Origin: Phoronis australis
Lineage: Eukaryota; Animalia; Phoronida
Assembly (NCBI GenBank): GCA_002633005.1
Contig: NMRA01000032.1
Span: 352,911-416,910 of the forward strand
Direction of reading: 5' to 3'
Length of the DNA stretch: 64,000 bases
In this document: piece after piece, positions 26,871 to 40,221 of the stretch
Position numbering within the stretch: position 1 is the first letter of the stretch
Layout of the letters: every line of letters starts with the position of its first letter
Notes under the pieces: model-generated
Told to the model about the DNA's origin: nothing
Databases searched by the model: none
Seen by the model: only the letters and a program-made list of their open reading frames with translations
Position numbers and translations under genes: made by a program

Positions 26871-28028
26871 TGCTCCTGGTAGACTGCCTGGGTCTCATTA
26901 GGGGAAGTACACCTGACAGCAACTTCACAACCAAGCTGCTGAAATTCTCTTGGGATAACTATGCTAATTTTCCACACACACAAACTTCAGGAGCTGGTTA
27001 TAATAACTGATAATAACCTGTACCATGGGAGGCTCTATATGCATGCAATCAATAAACTGACATTTACGTCATAGTTATTCCACGGTGCCCAGGGTAAAAT
27101 GACCATTCCATTGTGCACATACTTGTAGAGATACTGTATGCCTCCAAAAGCCGTCTAGAACATGAATCATGCAAAAATGCATCTTTACACAAAAAGGCCA
27201 GTTCAGTAGTCATGGCTTTAGACACCTGCAGCAATTTTCAAAAGGTTGACCATATGTCGCCTCATCTCAAAATTTTGAAGCAAAATTTCCCGCCAATTTT
27301 CAAATGATTTAATGTTAGTTGTGACCTAGTTTCCTACTGAGTTTTAGCCAAACGTCTGAGTTATCGACAAATTTTCAACAAAACCAGACTTAAATTTTGA
27401 CAAAAGTCAAAAACTTTTTAACAACTACTGCATCACCATGGCAGATTTAAGATGTCACGAGGGAGGGTGCCAAAAAATGCTTACACCATCCCGAAAACGA
27501 ACTGGTGACATTTTTGTCATCCCTGGATTGGAGCACCGGGGTCCCATGACCCATCCCCCCCTTGAATCCACCTACATTTCCTGGTCACATAATGTCATCA
27601 ATCCACTATCAATTTATAGATTGGGGACATCCTCCAATACATTTTTGTACATTCTTTGCAGACGAATGTTAAAAACAATGAACCCGGTCAATTCTGATTA
27701 AATCAATATTTGTTTGCTGAAATAACCTAGACATATTGTATTTTTAATGTTTCCCACAAGATATATCATTGATGGAAAAAAATCGGAGATTAGAAATTAA
27801 AAGTGTAACAGGTATTGATGATTCAGTCCTGGATAAAACCAGTGTAAACTGTGGTGTCAAATACAACTGCATTAATGTGATAGTCATTATTGAGATGAAA
27901 ATGGTGACCAAGTTTAAAATCGTAAATTTCAAACTAGAATGAATTCAGTAAGCGGCTGATTTAGGAACAAGTTTCATGACACCAGTTTTATAGCATTGAT
28001 CGGTCTAAACCGAAAACAGGTTGCTTTA

Positions 28029-28535
28029 GGCCCATTCATACTATTGTTGAGGCGTCGATAATTTGGGGAGTTGAGGTCACTATGAACGGTTAGCTTCGGT
28101 CCTGGAACGAAGTTAACAGTGACAGTTACTTCGCAGTAAACAAGTGAATTTAGCAGCGGAGCGTCGAGGCTGCAGTGCAGTAAGAATGGCCAACTTTGGT
28201 CTCATGGAAGTTATTGCTAGGGGATATTGCTATCGTCAACAATTAAAGGGCAGTGTCGTCGCTAACAGTTGCTCATATTTTGCTTGAATAATCATCAATC
28301 GAATTAGAAATAAGTTTCATGTCAATTAGTACACGTAAATGTTCTCAAAATTTTAGCATGCACAGGATGCATCAGAGGTCAGCGCTACCTTGCGATTGGT
28401 TCGATGACAACAGCGTCGCCTATCGTTTACTTCGATGCTGTCAACTACCGAAACTGGTATGGAAGATTCGAACTTCGCAATTTACATTGACATTTCGCTC
28501 TGCTCATACCAGAGTTAATTTAGTATGAAAGGGCC
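28029..28535 (-). mobile_element. ~500-bp PIF/Harbinger-like MITE, inverted copy of 22973-23468
   Basis: TIRs ggcccattcatact / agtatgaaagggcc; flanks tta / ttt. Confidence 0.8.
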
Positions 28536-31500
28536 TTTTGATGAACTCATGTATACAACATCTTTAAATATTGTATTCAATGCAGAATTTTTTATATATT
28601 GTGAAAGAAAAATTATACCTTGTGAATCATAATTGGCAAGTCCAATCAAGAGACAACCACTTTTGAGTGTTTGACATATGACTGACTTTAACAAAGATGT
28701 AGCAATCAATTAGTGAACTTGATATCAAGCCGTGCTGTGTTCTATCTGGAGTGCATGTCAAAGACCACGAATTACTCAAACTTCAATAGTCTCAAGAGCG
28801 TAAAAGCTTTCTAATTAGAACAGCACATCATGCAAGTTTTTAAACGAAGTGAAACCGAGTTTAAATGCCACGTACCCTGATGATGTCACAACCATTTCAC
28901 AAATTATGTGAAAACTGCTGGATTGTAATACAGGGCATTGACTTGAATATTCTTAACAAGAATAGCCTACACAGTACTAAGTAGTGCTATCCATGAAGGA
29001 CCTCCATATATTTATACAACATTTTCTGGCATTTACAAAGGGAGGCAAGTCAGTACAATGGTCATAGTTTGTCAGCACATCTTTTGATTTCTGAATCATA
29101 AGGTGAACTACAACTATCAATTTCAATTAGATATCATTTTAGAGATTAAAAAACGTTAAAATGATACCTTTACAAACAACTGAGTTCACCGTCCCTACAA
29201 GGACAGACCCACCCCACCCACTAGGGGCTTAAGTGGCTGGTTAGGGCCCCGAGAGGACCAGAACACTAATGATAAGAGATGAAGGCAGTCTAGAGTGACA
29301 AAGAGCCAAAGTCAAATCTACCTGAGGGGTGCCAGAATAGGTCTCCCACTTTGTTTCTACTACTGACTGAAGGTTTCCAAGAGACATATATCAAGTAACA
29401 AGTAGAACAGTCCATCAACAACAGAGAACTTAGATACTATATGACTACCAAACCTAGAGGCGGAAACTCAAAAGTGCTACCCTTTACAGAGAGAAGGGTC
29501 AAAATTCATCTACTAAAGCATATTTTGAGTTAGTGTATTCTTTTGACTGACTATGGTTATAAAATTGAAGCAAAAAGAAAATTATATTAATTTTGGCAAA
29601 AATAAATTACCCTGAGCAGAGGAGATGAGTCAAGAAGAAGTTAGTGGCCATCTGAGAAATTTCCTGGTTGCATTTGCAGCATGCGATCACTAAAGTACCA
29701 CTTTTTTTCTAATTAGGAGCATTGCACTCTGTAATTGGGCATTTCCTGCAGGAAAGTTTGGCAGGGCAGATGTTATGTCCGTTCAGCTATACCGTCAGAC
29801 CCAACAACGGAATTCCACCTTTTTGTCTCGTGTGGATAAGTACGTCTTTGTGATATTGGCAGCTTGGTCTGCACAAGGCAAATGAAAGAAGTGTTCCCTG
29901 CAAAAGGGGGTGACTGAAAATGGTATTGCCAAAGGCAGGAATTTTTTCACCATTTGTTACTCGATGACTCTAATCCTTTTTCCTTGTTGCCTTGGTCTAG
30001 AATTTGAATGCAGTAAAACAAGTTCCATTTTCATTAAAACATTTGGAGAGATTATCCTATTCATTCATTTCCTGATTTATTTGAATCTTAATAAGCATAC
30101 ATTAGGCAGACTGCAATATCTGCAGATTGCTATACTGCGTGACAATCTTGTACCGTACACTTGAGGTTCATACACAATCTTTGCATTTAACCCTACGTCA
30201 CTTTGTATTGATAATGAAAATGGTGGAAATTACCTACCAACTCAATGTGCAGCACGTCAACCTTTACAACCGTCTCGGCAACCATCTTTAGATCACCGCG
30301 GATGTGCTGTAAATGCTTTCCTACGAGTGTCCTTAACGGGAGACAATAATCACAGCGCGAAGTGAACCGATCTTAATGAAGAAGTACTTGATTACTAACC
30401 AACTGTCGTTTATACCGTAATCTCGAGCTACGGGCTTCTAAGTCTCTGTTACTGACTGCATAATGTTCTCGAGAATGAAAACCAGCACTCAATCTGGACT
30501 AATAATAATAACGAATAGCAAAAAGCTGGTGGCTACAAACATGGCCTGGAAAAGCCAATTCCTCTGACAGATAAATGACCAAGTGATAAAATTGGTTACA
30601 TCAATAATGGGCTTTGTTGGTATTACTTCCAATTCAATAAACCTCTACAGGGTATATCCCTAGTATAGCACATACAATGCCCAGAGTGTTATTGCAGTGC
30701 ACTAACCTAATTCATCCAACCATTTTGGAATGCACTTGGAAAAAGTCAAGGAAAGTTAGCCAGGTCTCAACAAAAGAAATGTGTTTACAACATAAACAAC
30801 TTAAACAGTAATGAAAACATGGGTCAGAACTAATGAAATCTAATGGTTATGATATTGGAAATTCAAGGCAAGACTAATTTACCATCTTTTCACTTTATTC
30901 AACAAGGACAGTTCTGTTCTGAATGCTTGCTGGAGAAATTTTTGGGTAAACAAAATGAATTTCACCAATTTAGGACACAGTATGACCGACAAACAAAGTT
31001 TCATTTTCTCATTTTTTAAATGACAAATGAGTAGCACCAAAATAAATGGTTTTAAATGTCTTGCACCGTAGCTGCTATCTGACAAGGTTTTGAAAAATTG
31101 TGATCAACAAAAGCAATGTTAGAAGCCCTTGAAAAACAAAAAAGATGAATTTGGCAATTTCTTTTGTGGCGCATTTTTACAATATCAAAGGATCCATGCA
31201 AGAAGGCCTGGGTGTAATTAATTTCTTCATTATTGATCGGGAAATTCATCTATTATTAACATTTTTCATATACCTTAGTTAATACACAAAATATGCACCT
31301 GCCTACATAAATATCATTTGATATTTTTGTTGCAAGAGGTAATTCAAATGAGAATAAAGAACATATATCAGTGCCTCATCAAACTATTAGCTCAGGTGAA
31401 AGGGTACACTTTAAGTATCTTTTTATTGGTAAATATGCTAAACAATACATCATTTAAGACATTTCAATTTGGTCATTGAAACTTGTTGAAGACACATGAA

Positions 31501-32976
31501 AATAATCGATAATCAACAGTGTTACTTCATACTTCACTGTGACCACATATATTCAAATTGTTTCAAAGTCACGGGCATGTCCATGTATTTTTAAAGAGTA
31601 CATAATTAATTCTGATCGTCAAAAATTACATATTTTTCTCATAACATAAACTGTATTCTTCATAAATAACGTAATGCGTAATGGTAACAATAACAATAAC
31701 AAAAACTTAAAACTCTGTTGGAGATAACAGATATTCTCATGAGCATGAGCTGTGATTACTTGCACGGATAGATGTTGTTTCCTAGCGCCACCTGGTGAAC
31801 TGTATGCTTGTCATCAAAATAGTCTGAAGTCAGACAAACAGGACATTTAAGCAACAACCATCACCCTTTAAACAAAGCAAGATTCTAGACAGTTCAAATG
31901 TGTGATAGATACCGAGACCTTTGTGACTGCAGTTCCTCATACAGGTGAGAATAGTATTCTCATAGCAGTTCATGTTTGCTTGAGAATGATTCAGCTAAAG
32001 CAAGAATGTTAGGATCAGTACATAGTGCCAGAGACACACTCAAAGCTCCCTTGAGTGCCAAAGGAGAGAGATAGCTGACACATCAAGTCAATACAAGGCA
32101 TGAAAATGGGACAACGACTGAACTAACGAGCTGCTAATTCCTTGTTCGTTCTATTGTTCACACCTTCAGCTCTGAACTCGGCTAATTTTCTGCAGCCAGC
32201 TGAACTCGTACTTATCCATGTAGGCGTGGCAGCATGGAAGCCAAAACTTCATCATATAGCACAGATTTCACAGCTTTCTACTCGATGGACACATAACTTG
32301 CCTGGAGGAAGTTGCCAGATCATACAGTCTTTCCAATTTCCTGAGAAAATAGACAGATTAGAAGGCTTCACCTAAGGGGAACCCTCTCTGAGGGGTCCAC
32401 ATGAGTCATAACCATGTGATCAGTACACTGGGCCCAACCGTGTGACCTAAGCACACCTGGTGCAAAAGGCATCAAGCTACCACCTGGCACTTTTTAGTGC
32501 CATGGCCTTAATATCATGTGACATTAGCCTTCCCACGGACAACTTGCACTTGTACAACGTACTTTTAAGAGAAGCGTCCTCACACACACACACATATCCA
32601 ATAACTAGGGTAACGCGGGATTTGTTGCTTTGTGCGTTAAATGAACACCTAATGTGAATATGGGAAGCAAAAGAAAACCACCATTTATGTAATCTCAGCT
32701 GATAATTACTTCAGTCTTGCCCCAGGTTTGTGGCCACACACGAATGACAAGTGGCACAAGTTATCCTAGAACAAGTTACCCCACCTCAATTAAGGTGGAG
32801 AAAGCTGTCACAAGTGGAGTAAGTTGCGCTAGTAGCGTCCACACAGCCTCCAAACTTAGCGACAACTCATTCCAAGAGTAACTTGTTCCAGAGCTACGGT
32901 AAGTCTGTGTGTAGACACCACTTAAGATTTTTCAAATAAAAGCAATGGCGAAAATCAGTTTCCAAACATAACTATG

Positions 32977-33504
32977 ACCTTAATAAACAACATCATTTCT
33001 AAGTCAAATATCGAAAAAACTATGCTTTGTCAACCATTAAAAGTACATATTTTCTGGAAGGAGAAAGATCGAGGATTCTGAAAATATGCTTTTTACTACT
33101 GTGTCTTTATTGGTGTCAGATGACCACGTTTTTAACTCAAATTTCATTTGCAAGAAAGCTACATAGATTGCATAGCAAAATAACCCCCAGCCAACTTAAC
33201 TAAACTTTTCTTAAATGAAAACTTTACGTTATGTCTCAAAAACACTGTTAGGAATTTTTTATTATTCACTTACTTCGGATTTTGTGCCAGATTAATTCGC
33301 GACAGAAGGAATTTTTATAGAAAAACAGCAGCCTATTTACATATCACTCGGTACATGAAAACTAGGCATCCTTAAGAAACAGCATATTTTGAGACATAAC
33401 TAAAGTTTTCATTTGAAAAAGGTTTAGTAAAATTGGTTGGCTGGGGCTGGGGGTTACCTTGCTGTGAATGAACCGTTAATGTATAAATGTGTCGTTTATT
33501 AAGG
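32977..33504. mobile_element. MITE with terminal and long internal inverted repeats
   Basis: accttaataaacaacatcattt / aaatgtgtcgtttattaaggt; internal arms about 33171-33250 and 33378-33467 are reverse complements. Confidence 0.65.
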
Positions 33505-35610
33505 TTCTAGATAACCTTAAATTTACATCTAATCGTTTGTTACTGCTTAGACTGTGCAAGGGTACTTCGTAAAGTTACGACATCGCAAAAGTCCACTGCT
33601 ATTCTGAAAGCAACCTCATGGCTGACCTGTCCCTACCCATAATACCGGAGTGGTCTTCACTGAAAGGAACCAGTTGCTGGGTTTGGATTAGGGATTATAA
33701 CAACAGACATTATTTTCGTACTAGGATTCTTATTGATCAATAGAGCAAAGGATATTTAAATATTTAATAAGTCTCAAGTATCTTATTCACTGACTTTTGT
33801 TGACTTTTGCATTCAACAGAATGTTAGTAGAGTCTTATGATCATCTGTAAATAGTGAGTGACCAACAGATCAGGGTGCCCTGGTGTGTCCTGCAACTTTA
33901 CCAATACCCTATGGTATATTCTCACCAATTCCGGATCAAAAAATTGCTAAAATTAGACCTTTTCATATTTCAAAGACTCGTAATGTTATTGTAAATTCAC
34001 ACCATTTCTGTACTGTCCAGTGGTAGTTATGCCGGCATACAAGTTCAGATTGATAAAGCCTTTATTTTGTCTGTATTTATTACATAATTTATAAAAAAAA
34101 TGGAAACAAAAATTTCAGTTGTTCGTGAATATTATACTTAAATTGGTGATATTAAGCATAAAACTCTCTAGTTTGAGACTGTGACAATTCAATTATGATC
34201 AAGGTTGGGGTTTGAACCAAATTTTAGAAATAACTAGGCAAATTTGACCATCCCAAATTCACAAATTCGGATCAACAACAAACTATTTTCACCTCATTCT
34301 AACACACCATGGGAACGCATTGGCGGCTAGTTCCAACATTTTACGAACTGCCAAGTCTATTTTCAGACTTTGTTAATTAAAAATGAAGTTTGTGATATGT
34401 GAAAAATATGATGAGCACCAACATTCTCATGCCCCAGTCTTCAGAATCGAGAGAATTTCAATTTGAATTTCAACGTCCCAAATTTTAGAGGCGTAGTAGT
34501 AACATAACAGAGGTCGCCTCTCCCGTAGTTTTTTATCAAACTGTCAGACGTTTTATTTTTATGATGACAAATTCACGGTCATTCAATAACATTTACCCGA
34601 CAATTTTACTATTTTACCCACCAGACACAATACCTGAAAGTAACCCAGATGTTTACCTGAGACAATACGCGAGAGGGCCAAAACACCCACCCAAGTTAGT
34701 TAGTTACACTTCCCTACTCACCCCTTCTATGAGAAAACCCCCCACCCGGGTCATGTCTCAGATGGAGCTCACAGTCATGCTACAGTGACCAACTCAAACT
34801 GTCTTGTACAACCAATTTGAAGTTGGAGAGTTTGGGGTCAAAGAACTTTGTGCATACAGTCGTGAGAAACAAGTTATTTTTAAAGAAACGATATAGGGCC
34901 TAATCAGCTGTATGCAGTCATAATTGAAACTGAGCTAGTGATGAGACATGTGAACTCGGTTTCATATGGTGTCAGAACAATATGCTGTCCTGATCCCTTG
35001 TGACGAAGAGCAACACTATATCTCAAGGTACACCAAAAGCTATGGTAGCGTACCACATAGCAAAAACCAAAATTCAGAGAATGGGTGTTAAGCTGTTCAT
35101 GGGCGTCTAAAGACAAATTTTTTTAGAAGTCTGAGGCGGACATTTACCCACTCAATTCACCCACACCAATGCCTTCACCATAACTTACACATAGATTCAA
35201 TAATATCAGAATGACACTTCATCTTTCAGTCAATAAAGTGCGAGGGTTTTAAAGAGTAAGGTGTCATTAAAAATACCTATTACTCAAATGTAAGGTGTGT
35301 TGTATACCTTCTGAAAGTAATGTTCTAGGAATGCAGGTTTTCACATTGACACTGCCACTTTGAAAGCAACCTTTATTGTATAAATTGGGGGTGGGCGCTA
35401 AGCGAAAATTTGAAAATTTATGGAATGGATTATACACCAAACATGACATTAAGTCAGATGGTTATGATTGGATACCTGGGTATGCATCAAAACTGCATTA
35501 GATCATGGATGTCATCAACATGAAATATATTTTCACAGAAAATACGATATACAGCTGCAATTAAAACGATATGGTAGATCTGTAATTCATTGACTAGACA
35601 AGGTCAAAGA

Positions 35611-35756
35611 ACACGTCACTGGTCAAAACGGTACTGCAGAAGTCGTAGAATATCAGCCAATCATAAACTGCCAAGTACTAAGGATTGCAACAGCTTAACC
35701 AATAGGAAATGACCACGTGAGATTTTGAGCAAGCTAACCAATAGCAAACAGCCACG
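35611..35756 (+). promoter_or_regulatory. Cluster of ER stress response elements (3x CCAAT-N9-CCACG/CCAAG) plus ACACGTCA bZIP site
   Basis: Perfect ERSE at 35699-35717 and 35738-35756, one-mismatch ERSE at 35657-35675, ACACGTCA at 35611-35618. Motifs are directly visible; function is inferred. Confidence 0.6.
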
Positions 35757-38700
35757 AGATGCAAAAACTGCAGGAAATATTATGTCTTCCAAACTCTTTC
35801 TCTAATTGCCACTCTACAAGTTAGCCTAAGAATAGATTGCAGATGATTCGTCTATACATCCTCTCTGATAACTGCAATAGGTGTGTCTATATTTAACTAA
35901 GATGCGCACGAGATCGAGTTCGTGAAAGCTAACATCCGAAACAAAATTCTGACTCATGATCACCTACTGGCACACAACCTGCATAAGAGAGAAATCCTGT
36001 CTCAGGCTGTCTGTCAAAAACAAGAACATACCGCTTAGTTCTCCATCACGCATCTGTAAATTCAGAGCTGTTAAGCTCTGCTTTATAGTCATGAACTATT
36101 AGAATGTGTATCAGACAGTGTTCCTTTTAGAAAAAAATATTGCTACGTTTTTTAAATGGTGATAGCACCTGTAAGAATCAGTGGGGAGTTTATAGAGGAT
36201 TTTGAGGGGGCTTTCATTTATGTAATGCTTGGTCATAACAATGTACAACAGGAATATGAATTCCACGTATCCAAAAATGAATCATTACCAGGATTTTGTA
36301 TTTAGCGTGATGTTAGCACTTCCCAAACATGGGCAAACACTCACATGCTGGAACAGGGTAAATAACTTTCTAATTCAATGCGTACGTCCTCCGCGAACTT
36401 GAGGAACAGGTTATGCATAATTTCCGGGAAATGCAGCATGTTGGTGTAAAACACGAGATGTGTCTCAAAATGAACATTGTAATGAACGTGAAACAACATG
36501 ACATCTGCTTGGTTTACAAGCAAACGGTTCTCTAATGCAAGTTCACATGTTCATGTGTTCACTGATATACAATCAAGTGTTCATGGCTCATGTTCATATA
36601 GATTCATACGTTCAAGCCTGTTCACATGTTCAAGTGCGGTAATTCGTTCACTGACAATCACTGTTCATGTGTGTACAACAGTTCAAGCGTGATCATGTGT
36701 TCATGTATTTGTCATTCGTTATCAACTACACTCAGTCCATTTGTTTGAATCAAAGAAATTCACCAAGAGAAGCAGATGTTAACATACCTCTGACCAAATC
36801 CTGAGGTTAGACTTATCTGGTTTCCATTAGCCTCTTAATTGGCATATCACCAGTAAACCTCTAATTACTGCTCCTGCAGTATACACATCAGCCTGTCACA
36901 ATCACTTGGCTAGCCCAACATCCCCTAAATAAAGTGGCTAAAATGCTAGTACCTTTGTTATTATTAGCAAAAACACAAGTAACGTGAATTGTTCCTATAA
37001 ATGGTAAAGGCTTTTATTTCATTACCATGGATTCATTGTTTACCCAATTGAGTTTTAAAGTTACAAAATAACATTGTGATTCTAAAGCTGCTGAATCCTT
37101 ATTTTCTCCATTTTTCTAATGGTTTTGTATTGTTCAGAATTGAAACTAGACAAAATTTCATAAAATTCCAGCTTTGATTTTTTTCACAAACATCTTTTTT
37201 CGCATTTGATTGGCAATGTTTCAGAACTTTCTGAGAACGCCGATTAATTTTTCAGCGATTATTGCTAAAGAATTGTTAGAGAATGCAAAGACGCACAGCA
37301 CCAGGTGAGTTTTTGTACCAGAATCAAAGATTGTTTGTTTTGATGCATAACAGAAAAAAAAATTAAGTTTAATTTGAATTTTCACCTTCTTACTTGTCAA
37401 ACTGGGGTTCAGCAACTTTAAATTCATTATTATTCCTTTTCAATACCAAGCTATAACCTTGACTCTGAAAACAATGTGGTATCATCTACTAACATTGATG
37501 TTAAATGTTCTTGCCATCACTATTGGTAACGCTTGTCTGAAGTCTATAGGTTTCAATTAGAACACCCACAGTACAAATGACAAATTTTTCCAGGTAACAT
37601 GAAAAGGACAAAGAAAATTTAAGTAATTTGTCACAGCTTTGTCATCAAAGAAACATGATGAAATGAGAAACTTTAGCATGCGAATAATTCATTTTTTACA
37701 ATTAAGGTAGAGACGATGCTTCAAGAGAACAGGTTGAACGCCTTTTCTACATTGACAGAGCTCTTGAATCTGCGAGTGGTATTTCTTCAATTGTCTCGAA
37801 CAAAAATAATTGACAAACCAGCAAAACTTCTAACTTTGAAAGGCTGATTGTCATGCCGCAAATAATTACAACTTCCCAAATGTTGTATTATGATAGCCAC
37901 AAAAACCAAGCTAGTAATATGCTGAACGTTTATTTTGTTGAGAAAAATGGCAAAATGAAATTTCACTAATCCGCTATACTGTGGCCTAATTAGGTCGAAA
38001 ATAAGGCCAATAGAACACTCCTTTCTCCCATAGGTAAGAAAGTGTTAATTTCATTGGCCTCATTTTGGAATGCATATTTCACAGGTTAAGTCTCAAACCG
38101 GCAAGGTGTATGCCCGTGGAAAGATTCCCGGTTACAACCATTTAAAAGTACTGCGATATCTTCAAAAAAGGGTATTCTGTTTAGTTCAAGATTAACCCCT
38201 TAAACTTGCTTTATCTACTTGCTCCCCATTCTCGTGAAATGCAAAAACTTAACATCACGCTTCCATGGAGTTTTGTCAAGTTTATCCAACTTTCTCCCGA
38301 TGGAGTTGCAGCCCACAGCACAGCAGTAATACTTCGGTGCAATTGGAATGTAACAAAAATCAAGACAGGCAGTTTGAGTGGATTGTTGCCCATGGCGACC
38401 AACTTAATTTGCAGGTTCACCAATATTTCCTCACCTAATGAATGTCATTGAACTACCCTCACTGTATCATTCTGGTACCATTTTACTTGGCAACTAATAT
38501 ACACTGTCTGCAGGTAGGACAAATGCTTGTGCCTAACAACTACAAGAAGCTTCATAAAAATAAACATATTGGAACCATGACTAATAAGACCTCCAGCTGT
38601 TGCGATGTATCAACCTCCTGGGGAACTTGATTCACGTGATCACCCAGTTAATGCTTCAGAGCTTCACAGCATTTGGACTCCATTCCGGGTTCAAGCATTC

Positions 38701-39732
38701 CACAGAGGTTATCATCCTGTTTATGACTAGACAAATGTAAATCATAACGAGCATTACCTATCAGCTAACCAGCAAACATGGTCCATTACGAATACATAAA
38801 AGAAAAAATCAAGTGAAAGCAACTCCACACAAAATTATTGAAGATTGGACTTCAGAGATGTCAAGTTCAGGGTATCCCAAAGGCACACAGTGTAAAATGG
38901 GTATTGGGGATGTGTTGCTGAAATCACTTGCCAGTTTTGTGATTTTGGTATAGGAATGGCTCTCGTTTTCCAAAACTTTTGTAGTAAGATCACGCCGGAG
39001 CATATGGGTGGCTAATTTTTATATCTTAAACTCAACATCAGATGGCAAATATTTTTGGCCGAGTAATCAACATCATTGGATCCAGTTCTGGAATCTGGAA
39101 TCATTTTTTTGAAATGAGTAAAACCAAGGAGGATTTGACTATTTCTCTTTTTCAGAAAGGTACGGTACTGATAAAGATGAGTTACCTTTTTAAAGTATGT
39201 ATAATTATGATGGTTTCTGTCTTTACAGTACATTTTATTATATATGGTGTACATAAGTTTAACGCTCATAAACATGGTCACCATGTTTGGAAGGAGATTT
39301 CCAAGACCAAAATACATGGTAGGCTATGCCCCCACTCCAGGAATTACATGCAAAACTAAGCATACAACTCCAAAACAAGAAATTTTTTTGAAAACAAATT
39401 GCATTCCAGGGTTACACAGACGTAAGTCATGTATATAACGTAAAATCCAACAAATTTAGGACACAGTATGGCTGACAGGTGAAATTTCATTTTCTGTTTT
39501 TTTCACGACGGATATGTAGTGCCAAAACAATGCTTTGTCACGTTCAATTTCTTTTCTATAGCTACCAACAGACAATATTCTGAAAATAGCGGTCATCTTA
39601 AATAATGACAGAAACTCTTGAAAAATGAAAAAGTGTAATTTTGGCTATTCTTTTTGTCCCAAATTGGTGAAATTTTACTGCACTAGATGTTTCGACTGAG
39701 TTCGGGTGTACTCTACAAAATAAGCAGGGGGT

Positions 39733-40221
39733 CAGGCCTTCATGCAGCGTATGTCCTGGGCGTCCAAATGAAGGCCCTAGCACTAATCTGAGCTCCCTGG
39801 CAAGGAAGCCCAATGTATCATTTGGATGCCCACTGTCAATAGGAGTCTTTCAAGTTTGGACACACACATTGTAATGAATACTAGGAAGCCTCTGAAGGCT
39901 CACAGTGGGGGCTCTTTTTTCAAAGCAGGAAGAAATATACAATGTATATACAAAGTATATGCATTGTTGCTATTGTGACACTTGATTGACAGCATTGTAA
40001 ATCTTGGTCTACACAGTTTTTTTAGTAAAAATGCTCACCATAGACGGCTGTTTTATAAACTTAGATGTAAAAACCTTGATCTATGCATTTTTTGTAAAAA
40101 AATCTGTGTGTTTGGGGGTATTGATGAGGGTGGGGGGTTACGCATCAGAATCATGGACGCCCTGGAATATTGGGAACCCCATTTTGGACACCCTATTTTC
40201 AAAATCCTGGATAAAGGCCTG
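39733..40221. mobile_element. hAT-type non-autonomous element with perfect 8-bp TSD
   Basis: TIRs caggccttcatgcag / ctggataaaggcctg; CAGGGGGT on both sides (39725-39732 and 40222-40229). Confidence 0.85.

Noticed and set aside
36340-36720. Degenerate GTTCA/CATGTT-rich tract resembling p53 half-sites
   Set aside because: No paired RRRCWWGYYY decamers; looks like decayed internal repeats of a transposon.
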